From Saprolegnia diclina VS20 (Eukaryota), in assembly GCF_000281045.1 (NCBI RefSeq), contig NW_008246119.1, positions 148,943 to 184,975 of the forward strand: a DNA stretch of 36,033 bases. The letters run 5' to 3'. The position numbers and the translations under genes were made by a program. Shown one piece after another: positions 20,108 through 30,344 of the stretch. The notes below the pieces were generated by a model that searched no databases, was not told the DNA's origin, and saw only the letters and a list, made by a program, of their open reading frames with translations. Position 1 is the first letter of the stretch. Each line of letters opens with the position of its first letter.

Positions 20108-23100
20108 ATGGAGAATGACCTGCAGCAGTTCATCCACACGGTCGAAGCGAGCGCCAAGAAGATCCTCAAGGACCATGCAAAGCGCGTGCACCTGGAGGCA
20201 GCGCGGTACCTACCGCGTCGTCTTCCTCTTGATTACCATGGTCTCGTAGGGACCGCGTCGAGCGCGCCCGCGGGCACAAACCCGAGCTCGCACCGGCGTC
20301 GATATCGCGGGACGAGCTCAAGGCCACGTACGGGCAGTCGGTGCTCATCGTACCGGCGCCCAACAATTCGCGGCCCGAGACGATGCCGGTGCTGGCCTCG
20401 CCGCGCGTGACGGCGGCGCCCGTGCATCCCATCGGGCGCAGCGATCCGGTCTTGCTCCCGGCGCTGCGCAAGCAAGAACTGAAGGAGAAGGCGACGGCCA
20501 AGCTGCTGCATTCGCCGCTGTACAAGGGCCTTGCGAGCAAAACGCCGTCGGTCAAGGCGGCACTCGCGCAGCTGAACGCTGTCGACGACCTCCGGACGCT
20601 TGGACTTGGACTCGCACCGGCGCGGTCGACGCATGTTCACGAGCACAGCACCGAGCGCCGCATGTGCAACGCGTGCTGGGCCGAGCCCATGAAGCGCACG
20701 CGCTGCGAGCACGGCCTCCACGGCAACCCGCGCGACCTCGTCGACGTGCAGGTACCGCCAGTGTGTGACACGTTCGTTTCGACTCTTCATAGGGCGCCAT
20801 GAGCTGGAACATCGACGACCTCTACCACAAGTACCGCGCCGAGGCCGAGCGCGAAGCTGCGTACGCGGCGTCGGAAGCGCTCCAGTCGACACACGACGTT
20901 GCCGTCGTCCCGATATTGGCCCGCCACCCGCTCTATACCAAGTACTTTTACGCCGTCGACCAAGACAACCAGTACGCGCAGCACCTCTCGCGATCCAAAA
21001 ACAAGACCAAGCAGTTCGTGTTGAGCGTGCACACGGTGTGGCTCTCGAACCTCGACCATTTCAACGCCGTCTTTCACGGCGAGTCGGGCAAAGGACTCGC
21101 TCGGCGTCTCGACACGACGTCGATACAGGACGGGTACTCGCAAATCCAATCGGTCTCGGCGCACTGCGCCTTGCAGCACTCGGACGACGTTGGTGCGTCA
21201 CCGCTCTTTCGCGCTGGCGCCGAAATGGCATGCGCGCCACCGCTCGCCACAACGACGCATGCGCGCGCCAACAGCTTTGTGCAAACAAAAAGCCCGATCG
21301 ACGATCATGGCCTTGTCTCGCTCTCAGTCCTCGCGTGCGGACGCATGGAGTTTCTCGGCACCGTGCCTGGCACTGTGCCGCTCTCGACCTTGCCCGGTCT
21401 CTGGTGGTGCAAAGAACCGTTCACGCGCCCCGCCGCCATGTACCTCCGTGACGCGCGTGTGTCATCGTCCGACACGATCCTCGTCCACGTTGTGCTCGCG
21501 CTCGACTCGCCGTGCCTCTCGCCGCGCTGGTTTGCGTGGGTGCCCGGCTCGGTCGCGGCCGCCGTCGAGCGTGAGATTCTCTTTGGTTTTGGCCTTGTGC
21601 CCGCGACAACGGTTGTGCTCTTCCGGCCACCGTCCGTCGAGTCGCCTCTCGACACCTACTGGCCGTCCCCGGTGCTTCTCGCCAACGGCTGGGATGAGCA
21701 TGCGCCCGAGATGCCCGAGTTTAACACGATTCGCTTTCGCCAATGGCTGCGCTACGCGACGATACCTCCGAATTTCGACTTGCGCGCTAAAGCGTACGGC
21801 ATTCGGGGTGGGTACTTAAACCGCACGGGCCTCAGCGGGCGCTTCTCGTGGCATTCCGACGACGTTGTCGACGCCGAAGACCTCGTGCGCGTGCGTCTGG
21901 AGAAAGTGAGATATATCAGTTCTGAGTTTGCCTTTTGACACGTCGCATGGTAGGACTATGTGGTCGTGGCCGAGAACAAGCGGTCGCGCGGTAGCAACGA
22001 CCCCAACATGTATACGCTCGAGATGCGCCACGAAGCGATTGAGGCGGTGCACACGAGTGGCCTTCACGCATTCCTCGCCGCCAAGCAAAAGCAGCGTGAG
22101 GAAGCGCGTCTCCAGCAACAAATGCGCGAAATTGAAGTCAAACTCCAAGCTGGTCGCTTGGCCTTGGACGCCAAGCGTGCCGAGAAGCGACGGTAGACAC
22201 CCCGTATATGCATAGGTATGCCACGACGACGTTAGGTTGGAGGCCGAGGCGCTGCTCAAGAAGGAGCACATGCAAGCAGAGCGCGATGGAAAAGCCGCCA
22301 TCGACGTACCTCCATCGATTCGATAGAGGAATCGTGACCAGGACTGGTGTAGGCGTCGACGGTCGACGAGTGGCGGGACCGCGTCGCCCACTCGGTGCTG
22401 CTGCGCGAGTGGAATGGCTGGGAAGAGCGTCGGCACGACCCGACGCACGTAGTCTTTTACCACCACAGCAATCCAGAGCTCTTGAACGGGTCGTCCTGGG
22501 ATCCTCCGCCCGGCTGGCCGCTCGACAATGAAGACGAGACACCGCTAGAGGCGCCATTATCAAGCAGCGATTCCCCGCGGTCCCTCCTCTCGGAGCCATT
22601 GAGAGAACCGAATGACGAGACCAAAGAAGACGAGGACGTGGCGAAAATGGCCAAGCAGCTCGCCGAGAACGAGGTGTTTCTCGAGCTGCTCCGAGACAAA
22701 CTCGGCCTTGTCGCCAAACGCAAACGAGCCAAGACACATGCCAACACACACGACGACTCGTCGTCCGAGAGCGGCGACTCGGAGAACGACGACGACGATG
22801 GCATTGCCGCGCGGGTACTGCGGACGCTCGAGCGCGAGCCTTCGATCCAGGAGACATCGACGATGAGTGTGAAGCGGCTTTTGCGGCTTCAGATCACAAA
22901 GGAAGCGACGCCGACGCAGCCGGTCCGACCCGGCGAAGGCTGGAAGCGACTCAATGTCGCCAAGCTCCCGAAATCGTTTGCTAAAAAAGTGTACGAGCCC
23001 AGCACGGCGACGCCGCCGGTACGTCTCGCAATACATCTACCGCATCCCGCATAGTACTGCGCTGGTGTAGCCGACCGCTGTGGGCCCCAACATTCCGTTG

Positions 23101-23816
23101 GTCGCGGGGCTCATCGACCCGGCGAAAACCGGCACGTACGAGCAGCCCAACGACGTGCCCGACTTTCGAGAGCTCTTCGTGCCCGTACGTGCGATCCCAC
23201 ACGGCCTGTGCGCCACGCTTGATGCTAGAGCTTGGAGGCCGAAGTTGTCCTGATGAACAAGCTGCTGCAGTCGCAGGCCAAACGCCAAACGCGCACGAGT
23301 ATCGCCGACGTCTTTGCGACCGCCGATGCCGACGACGACGACGAGCCGCTTTTGCCCGAGTCGGAAGCCGACAACATTCGCAAAGCGGTGCTGTACACGC
23401 GCAACAACAACGTCAAAGAGGTAAGCCATCGTTGCTCTCTTCCGCAAGCATGGGCGCTCGTAGCTTGAAAACATGCTGGATCTCGGCGTGCACGTCAACG
23501 CCCAAGACGAGAACGGCAACTCGCTCTTCGTCCTCGCGTGCCAGCAAGGCAACAAGAACATGTGCAAGTTCCTCATGCGCCGGCGCTGCGATACCACCAT
23601 GCAGGTCCCATATTGCATATCGTCGTCTCATCCTCGAAGCTGACGATGATGGCGCAGAATTTCCGCGGCAACACGGGCTTGCACTACTGCTACGAGTACA
23701 AGTGGACCGAGCTCGCCGAGTACCTCAAGGAGAAAGGCGTCCGCGACGACATTCCCAACGCCGACGGGCTCATGTGCTACGAAGGCATCTCGTCCGAGCA
23801 CCTCGCAGCGCTGTAA
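20108..23816 (+). CDS. Large multi-exon protein with a coiled coil, a WW-like module and C-terminal ankyrin repeats
   Basis: ORF pieces join in frame via short GT-AG introns (e.g. 20206-20249, 21906-21953). WW-like WEERRHDPTHVVFYHHSNPELLNGSSWDPP; ankyrin-like DENGNSLFVLACQQGNKNMCKFL and NFRGNTGLHYCYEY. Could be two genes if 21906-21953 is not spliced. Confidence 0.65.
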
Positions 23817-24157
23817 TTTAATTACTTGAATTACACTCGGATGCCTCAAATCACATGCATGATAAGCTGGCGGGCCTCTACGACGAGCGGACGAGCGGCT
23901 GCGCACGTCAGCCGACGCGGAGGTACATAGACACGAGCGCACTTGGTTGCTATCAGCTGCGATCTGACGACCGCTGTCGCCAGTGTACCGTAGTTTATGC
24001 TGAGCTTGGCGCACCCAATACGCAGGCGCAGGCTCATGGCCTCGCTTCACGAGCTCCGGTTAGCTTTCTGCGCGCGGGCGGGTGCCTTCATGAGTGTCGA
24101 CAGGTGGTGGTCAAGGCAAGGCGATAGTCTAATGGAGCCGGGTCTCGGAATATATTC

Positions 24158-25295
24158 TTAATACAAATCGCCTTCGAAGAGGACCTCGTCCTCCTTCTTC
24201 TTATAAATCTGGTCGCCTTCGTGGAGCGAGTGCTCAATGAGGTCGGGGTTCTGGTGCATCGACCGGTTGTTGGTCGTCGCGGGGCGCTTGTCGCCAGTGA
24301 GCGGCGTCATGACCTCTTCATAGTCCTCCGACGCCTCTTGCTCGCGCATCAATGCCGTCTGCTTGGCGCGGTTGCGGACCTTCGAGCCAAAGTGGACGCA
24401 GGCCATGAGGAGCGCGACGCCCGCAAAGACGATGGCCGTGACGGCCGGGCCCGAGAGCTCGATACCGGGCGACACCTTCTTGTGGTAGAAATCCCACTGC
24501 GTGTCCCACGGCGCAGAGTCAATGCCATCGCCGAGGCAGCACTTGAGGTTCTTGCCCCAGAGCGCGTTCGTGCGCGTGCACTGCCCAGACAGGCCCGTGC
24601 ACTTGGTCGCGAGCTTGTCCCACGTGTAGGTCGCCGACTTGTCAAACGTGAGCTCGGTCGAGAGGCAGCCGGCAAGGAGGATCGCCGAGCCTTGCTGCGC
24701 GCCGTAGCAACCACCGTTAATCTGCTTCGAGCCCGTAATGTTGATCGACGTCGCGATACCTTCCATCTTGACGTACGTCTGCTGGACCGCCCAAAAGTTC
24801 TTGCAATCCGTCGACGCCATGAGCAACGCGCGCAGCGGCTTCTTCGTGTTGGGCGGGTTGCTCGTGTCCGTCACACTCCACTTGAGCGTCGGGCCATAGA
24901 GGAAGCCACAGTCTTCCGTCTTCGCCGGGTTGGCCTCGGCGTTGCAGCTCGGCATGACCTTGCTCTTGGACGGCGACGCGTAGCAGCAGCCGTTGGAAAC
25001 GGGCGTCGAGTAGATGGCCGGCAAGTTCTGCACCATGGTTGCGTTTGTAAAGTTGAGCGCAAGGCCATCCGGGCCTGTCGCCGGGCGCACACACGTATAC
25101 GGGCACGTCACGCAGCCGCCGCCGAGCGGCGAAAAGTTGCTCCAGCCTACCACGTTGCATGAGATCGCAATGCCACGTCGCCATGCGCATCGTACCCTTG
25201 AAGTCGACCGCGACTTGGTAGCCCGTCGACTGGTTCCACTCGACGGCGCCGGCGAGGGCTGCCGTGAGGAGGACCGAGATCGTCTTGCGCAGCAT
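24158..25295 (-). CDS. Cys-rich type I membrane glycoprotein of unknown function (2 exons, about 362 aa)
   Basis: Exon 1 (25295-25196) encodes signal MLRKTISVLLTAALAGA; GT-AG intron 25195-25147; exon 2 has 14 extracellular Cys, several NxS/T sequons, a TM helix AVTAIVFAGVALLMACVHF and a charged cytoplasmic tail. Confidence 0.8.
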
Positions 25296-25316
25296 GGTGG
25301 CAAGCCGTGGGTCGTC

Positions 25317-25332
25317 GAAAATTAAAACTGAC
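25317..25332 (-). promoter_or_regulatory. Oomycete Inr+FPR-like core promoter
   Basis: Minus strand reads GTCAGTTTTAATTTTC about 20-35 nt upstream of the ATG at 25295. Confidence 0.5.
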
Positions 25333-25918
25333 TGCTGGCCGCGAACGGGTGCCAGCGTTCGTTCGAATATCGGTTAAACCTTCGATATAAAACCGAGATA
25401 AACCGTCAAGAATCTCCTTTTTTGTCGCGTTAAAGTCCAGCCCCACCGCGTTAAACGTGAATGATCGGCGTCACGCTGGCGCCAATTGTTTCGAACGCGC
25501 TGTAATTTTACGGGCTCGACTTTACACGAGAAGCTCGATGCCAGTTTAAAAAAATATTTGTACTTGCATTTTGTATATAAGGCGGAGAAAACCATTTAAA
25601 ATTATGACCCGAATGGTCGGTTCATTACACCGGTACGAGACATTGCGGCGGCGAAAATTTAATCCGGTCGCCAGTACGCATTTTTATTCCTTTTATAAAA
25701 AATAGCTGGATATTTGTATTCCCGTAAAATGAAATACCGCGCCGGTTCTTAAGAAGCGGGGAAGACGGAATTGCCAGAAATAAGACAAGGACCAAGCCAT
25801 TGTAACGATGCGCCTCCAATCAAATCGCTTGCAATGAAAGAGCCGGCGCCAAAGCAACTCAAGTAGGGCAATTACCGGAACAAGCGCCAGGCAGGGCATA
25901 GGCGAGCGTGGGACCACG

Positions 25919-26026
25919 CCAATGATGGGAAGCCAGCCGCCAAGACCGATGGCGACCGACTGAAATGACTCGAATAAAGTATGCAGGGACCCGAACGGCG
26001 TGGGCCGATCCACCCAACTGCTCATT
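25919..26026 (+). promoter_or_regulatory. CCAAT box (25919-25923) and Inr-like GCTCATT (26020-26026) upstream of CesA3 copy A
   Basis: Motif match and position about 55 nt before the ATG at 26082. Confidence 0.4.
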
Positions 26027-26081
26027 ACATAAAAAGCTTGCTCGAGTCCACTCCTGCCTACGTCTGGTCGTCTTCCCCAAG

Positions 26082-29000
26082 ATGGTCGAACTGGGTATGC
26101 TTGTCTCGGGCATCGTCGGGGTCCTTGGCGGCTTCTCGGCGGCGCTGGCCGGCTGGTCGCCGCTGTCGCTCGGCGCCCGCCCGCTCTTTGTGCTCTCGCA
26201 AGGCCTCTCGGTATTTGCGATCGTCTTTATGGCGATCTACTCGCCGCTCTCGTACGTGACCAACACGTCCGAGGGCACGGCGCTCGGCGTGGCCGCTGGT
26301 GTCGGCGCCGGCTTGGGCCTCGTCGCCGCCTTCCTCACAGTGCTTAGCCCGTACTTTTTGACGGCTGCGACCGGCCTCATCATTGCGCCGTACCTCCTCG
26401 TGCTTGACGACTCGCTCGGCCACCTCTTTGAGGGCCAGTCGTCGTTTGCCAAGCAAGAGTTTGTCGTCGGCTTTGCGCTCCTCTGGTTTGTGCTCTTTCT
26501 GTCGCACTCGAAGACGTCCGACACCGAGTGCCACCGCTTCAAGTACGTGCTCTTTAGCGCGATCACGGGCGGCTGGCTCTTCAGCGACGGTATCTTCCGC
26601 CTCGTCTTCTCGAACCAGGCGCCGCTCTCCAAGATCATGTTTGGTATTATGGGCATCCCGTACGAAGGCGTCGTGTACAGCCTTAGCGAAGGCATTTCGG
26701 ACAGCAACAAGCTGTACGTCATGGTCATCTGGGCCGGCACGGCGCTCCTCGGCGCGCTCAACCAGCTCAGCATGCGCTGGGGCCTCCTCTGCTACAACAA
26801 GGTGGGCGCCCACGTCGGCATGACGTCGATCCACGAAGACACGATGGACTTGCCGTCGGGTGCCGCGGCCTCGGCGCCGTTCATGCACGAGCGCACGCGC
26901 CTGGTGTGTGAGAACTGCTTTGCAACCGTCCCGGCTGGCACGGCGTTCTGTACCGAGTGCGGCGAAGCGATGCCGACCGAGGACCACGTGCCCAACGTCT
27001 CGATCTCGCAGGCGCAGATGCCGTCGCTCGCGATGGCCGCCGACGGCACGACGCCCGAGCGATGGCAGCAGATCCCGAACCGCGCGTACCTCTCGACGAC
27101 GTCGTTTGTGGACCCGAAGAAGATGACGGAAAACAACACGGAGTCGCGCTCGATCCGCTTTATGGACGCGGGCGACAAGCCGTACGGCGCGTCGATGAGC
27201 GGTCGCCCAAACCACTACGAGCCGTCGTTCCGGTCGTTTGCCATGTCGACGTACTCGATCGCGAACCGCGCGGCCGAGCCCGTCGAGACGCCCAACATCC
27301 GCAAGTACAAGATGTCGGGCGGCGCAGCGTTCCACTTGATTTACTTCCTCTCGGCCATTGCTGGCATTGTGTGGCTGGCCTTTCTCATTACGTTCTACCC
27401 GCGCGAGACGCCGTGCAGCGTGTCGCAGCCGCAGCTCTCGTGCTCGCTCATTGAGCAGAGCGTCAAGACGGCGTTCAACTGCACGCCGAGTACCAACCCG
27501 CAAAACATCAACATCCAGACGCAAGAGCCCAACTGCATCAAGGCGACGCCCGGTGGCGTGTGGTTTTGCTACGTCATCTTTGTCGGGTCCGAGTACCTCA
27601 ACTTCTTCCTCGGCCTCTTGTACAACTTCTCCATGTGGCGTCCGATCCGCCGTGGTGCGCGCTACCTCAACGACTTCAAGCCCGCGCTCCCGAAGGAGCA
27701 GTGGCCGACCGTCGACGTCTTCTTGTGCCATTACTCCGAGCCGGTCGTCGACTCGATGAAGACGCTCAAGAACATTCTCGCGATGCAGTACCCGCCCGAG
27801 CTCCTCCACGTGTGGATCTGCGACGATGGGTACACGCGCTCGGTCTGGGACGCCAACAACCACTTCAAGGTGACGGTCAACACCAAGAACATTGAGCAGT
27901 GCGGTGACATTCGAGGCGACGTGGCCCGCATGATGCACGAACGCGTCGTCGGCCCGGTGCAAGACGACGCTTCGCTCAAGGCGTGGCGCCGCCAGCACTC
28001 GTCGGTGCGCGAGCTCAAGAAGGATGGCATCAAGGGCGTTCAGCGCCGCGATTGCGCCGTTGGCTCGTTGAGCGATGACTACGACTACCGTGATCGCGGC
28101 CTTCCGCGTGTGACGTTTGTCGGTCGCATGAAGCCCGAAGAGCACCACGCCAAGGCCGGTAACATCAACAACNNNNNNNNNNNNNNNNNNNNNNNNNNNN
28201 NNNNNNNNNNNNNNNNNNNNNNNNNNNNNNNNNNNNNNNNNNNNNNNNNNNNNNNNNNNNNNNNNNNNNNNNNNNNNNNNNNNNNNNNNNNNNNNNNNNN
28301 NNNNNNNNNNNNNNNNNNNNNNNNNNNNNNNNNNNNNNNNNNNNNNNNNNNNNNNNNNNNNNNNNNNNNNNNNNNNNNNNNNNNNNNNNNNNNNNNNNNN
28401 NNNNNNNNNNNNNNNNNNNNNNNNNNNNNNNNNNNNNNNNNNNNNNNNNNNNNNNNNNNNNNNNNNNNNNNNNNNNNNNNNNNNNNNNNNNNNNNNNNNN
28501 NNNNNNNNNNNNNNNNNNNNNNNNNNNNNNNNNNNNNNNNNNNNNNNNNNNNNNNNNNNNNNNNNNNNNNNNNNNNNNNNNNNNNNNNNNNNNNNNNNNN
28601 NNNNNNNNNNNNNNNNNNNNNNNNNNNNNNNNNNNNNNNNNNNNNNNNNNNNNNNNNNNNNNNNNNNNNNNNNNNNNNNNNNNNNNNNNNNNNNNNNNNN
28701 NNNNNNNNNNNNNNNNNNNNNNNNNNNNNNNNNNNNNNNNNNNNNNNNNNNNNNNNNNNNNNNNNNNNNNNNNNNNNNNNNNNNNNNNNNNNNNNNNNNN
28801 NNNNNNNNNNNNNNNNNNNNNNNNNNNNNNNNNNNNNNNNNNNNNNNNNNNNNNNNNNNNNNNNNNNNNNNNNNNNNNNNNNNNNNNNNNNNNNNNNNNN
28901 NNNNNNNNNNNNNNNNNNNNNNNNNNNNNNNNNNNNNNNNNNNNNNNNNNNNNNNNNNNNNNNNNNNNNNNNNNNNNNNNNNNNNNNNNNNNNNNNNNNN

Positions 29001-29510
29001 NNNNNNNNNNNNNNNNNNNNNNNNNNNNNNNNNNNNNNNNNNNNNNNNNNNNNNNNNNNNNNNNNNNNNNNNNNNNNNNNNNNNNNNNNNNNNNNNNNNN
29101 NNNNNNNNNNNNNNNNNNNNNNNNNNNNNNNNNNNNNNNNNNNNNNNNNNNNNNNNNNNNNNGGGCAGAAGACGTCGTGGACGGAGATTCCCAACGTGCT
29201 CATGTTCTTCACGCTCATGGTGTCGCAAGTCGTCGGTCTCATGCGCTTCTTCAACTACGAGAACGCGACGAGCCCGTGGAACTACGTCTCGGCCATGTTC
29301 TTTGGCTTCTGGATCATGTCCAACTTGTACCCGATGGCCAAGATGAGCATCTCGGAGTACGCGGGCTGGGACCACACGACGGCGACGTTTACGGCGAGTG
29401 TCTTCGGCTCGCTCCTCCTCGTCGGCATTGTCGTCTTCGTCCAAGTGTGGCAGACGACCTACTCGCTCAACATGCTCACGGCGCAAGGTCTCTCGCAGAC
29501 GACGACGTAG
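26082..29510 (+). CDS. CesA3: Cellulose synthase, CesA3 type (GT2), copy A; catalytic core lies in a gap; no introns in the visible part
   Basis: Multi-TM N-terminus with no PH domain, CENC...CTEC zinc-ribbon motif, VDVFLCHYSEP, CDDG, HAKAGNIN and C-terminal TMs (WNYVSAMFFGF...GWDHT...FGSLL). Confidence 0.88.
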   Translation: MVELGMLVSGIVGVLGGFSAALAGWSPLSLGARPLFVLSQGLSVFAIVFMAIYSPLSYVTNTSEGTALGVAAGVGAGLGLVAAFLTVLSPYFLTAATGLIIAPYLLVLDDSLGHLFEGQSSFAKQEFVVGFALLWFVLFLSHSKTSDTECHRFKYVLFSAITGGWLFSDGIFRLVFSNQAPLSKIMFGIMGIPYEGVVYSLSEGISDSNKLYVMVIWAGTALLGALNQLSMRWGLLCYNKVGAHVGMTSIHEDTMDLPSGAAASAPFMHERTRLVCENCFATVPAGTAFCTECGEAMPTEDHVPNVSISQAQMPSLAMAADGTTPERWQQIPNRAYLSTTSFVDPKKMTENNTESRSIRFMDAGDKPYGASMSGRPNHYEPSFRSFAMSTYSIANRAAEPVETPNIRKYKMSGGAAFHLIYFLSAIAGIVWLAFLITFYPRETPCSVSQPQLSCSLIEQSVKTAFNCTPSTNPQNINIQTQEPNCIKATPGGVWFCYVIFVGSEYLNFFLGLLYNFSMWRPIRRGARYLNDFKPALPKEQWPTVDVFLCHYSEPVVDSMKTLKNILAMQYPPELLHVWICDDGYTRSVWDANNHFKVTVNTKNIEQCGDIRGDVARMMHERVVGPVQDDASLKAWRRQHSSVRELKKDGIKGVQRRDCAVGSLSDDYDYRDRGLPRVTFVGRMKPEEHHAKAGNINNXXXXXXXXXXXXXXXXXXXXXXXXXXXXXXXXXXXXXXXXXXXXXXXXXXXXXXXXXXXXXXXXXXXXXXXXXXXXXXXXXXXXXXXXXXXXXXXXXXXXXXXXXXXXXXXXXXXXXXXXXXXXXXXXXXXXXXXXXXXXXXXXXXXXXXXXXXXXXXXXXXXXXXXXXXXXXXXXXXXXXXXXXXXXXXXXXXXXXXXXXXXXXXXXXXXXXXXXXXXXXXXXXXXXXXXXXXXXXXXXXXXXXXXXXXXXXXXXXXXXXXXXXXXXXXXXXXXXXXXXXXXXXXXXXXXXXXXXXXXXXXXXXXXXXXXXXXXXXXXXXXXXXXXXXXGQKTSWTEIPNVLMFFTLMVSQVVGLMRFFNYENATSPWNYVSAMFFGFWIMSNLYPMAKMSISEYAGWDHTTATFTASVFGSLLLVGIVVFVQVWQTTYSLNMLTAQGLSQTTT
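28173..29162. other. Assembly gap inside CesA3 copy A
   Basis: 990 N; the homologous stretch of copy B (32520-33485) is 966 nt. Confidence 1.
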
Positions 29511-30310
29511 ACGCCTCCTTTTTTGCCGCTTGGGCTTCTATAATAAAATTGTATTTCAAAATCAACTTGATACTTTTGTACCTCAAGATCCGCAAGCATC
29601 GCGTGACGCAGAATCCCATCGTGCAAGCTCGCCGAGGCCAGCGCTTCCTTGCAGCATCGTAGTACCAGGTACAGGCAGCACACCAGGACAAGGCCAAGAA
29701 TGTAGTAGCGGTATCGATCAAGGGCGCATTGCGCACGAACGTAGCTGGCGTGTCGAGAGCAAGACCTCGAACCATGCCATGCGCCCCTCAGCATACCTGC
29801 GCGCTGAAGTCTCTGGTCCTTGCGATGGCGCATGCCCTTATGTGCTAGAGTCCTGGCCTGTGGATGAGTGCAGAGGGCATGGGAGGCCGTCGTCGGCCAC
29901 GGTGACACCGAGGCCATGGGTCGGCCTGCCTGCCCACGTCATGGCCCCATCGGACCGCCGTCGGTACTCGGGAGGGTCATGCTCGGCCAAGGGTCGGCGA
30001 CTTGTCGCCCATCTCGCCCATGGCACGTTGTGGTTGCAAGTTGGACGGTCGCGACCAACCGGTTCCACGTATCCGGTCCCGAAACCGTTTCCACCGGGCA
30101 CGCTAAAATTCGAGGTTTTTTTCGACTTGGCGTTTGTATGCTCGTTGGAATTTCGAAGAAGAGCCCGACACCGATTCCTGGCTTTAGCAACGTTTATCGC
30201 TGGTTGGAATAATTTTTCTCTATACGCTTGACTAGAATGTCGCACTATGCGCCATCGTTGTTGTTGAACCGAGGGACTCGTTACATGCGTGGATCCGGCG
30301 TCGATATTCT

Positions 30311-30326
30311 GTCAGTTTACCTTTTC
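30311..30326 (+). promoter_or_regulatory. Inr+FPR-like core promoter of CesA3 copy B
   Basis: GTCAGTTTACCTTTTC about 20-35 nt before the ATG at 30345; same pattern as at 25317-25332. Confidence 0.45.
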
Positions 30327-30344
30327 GGAAGTCGCTCGCAGTGC

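Noticed and set aside
29520..30300. ORFs between the CesA genes (29398-30231 and others)
   Set aside because: No coding-like composition or motifs; treated as intergenic.
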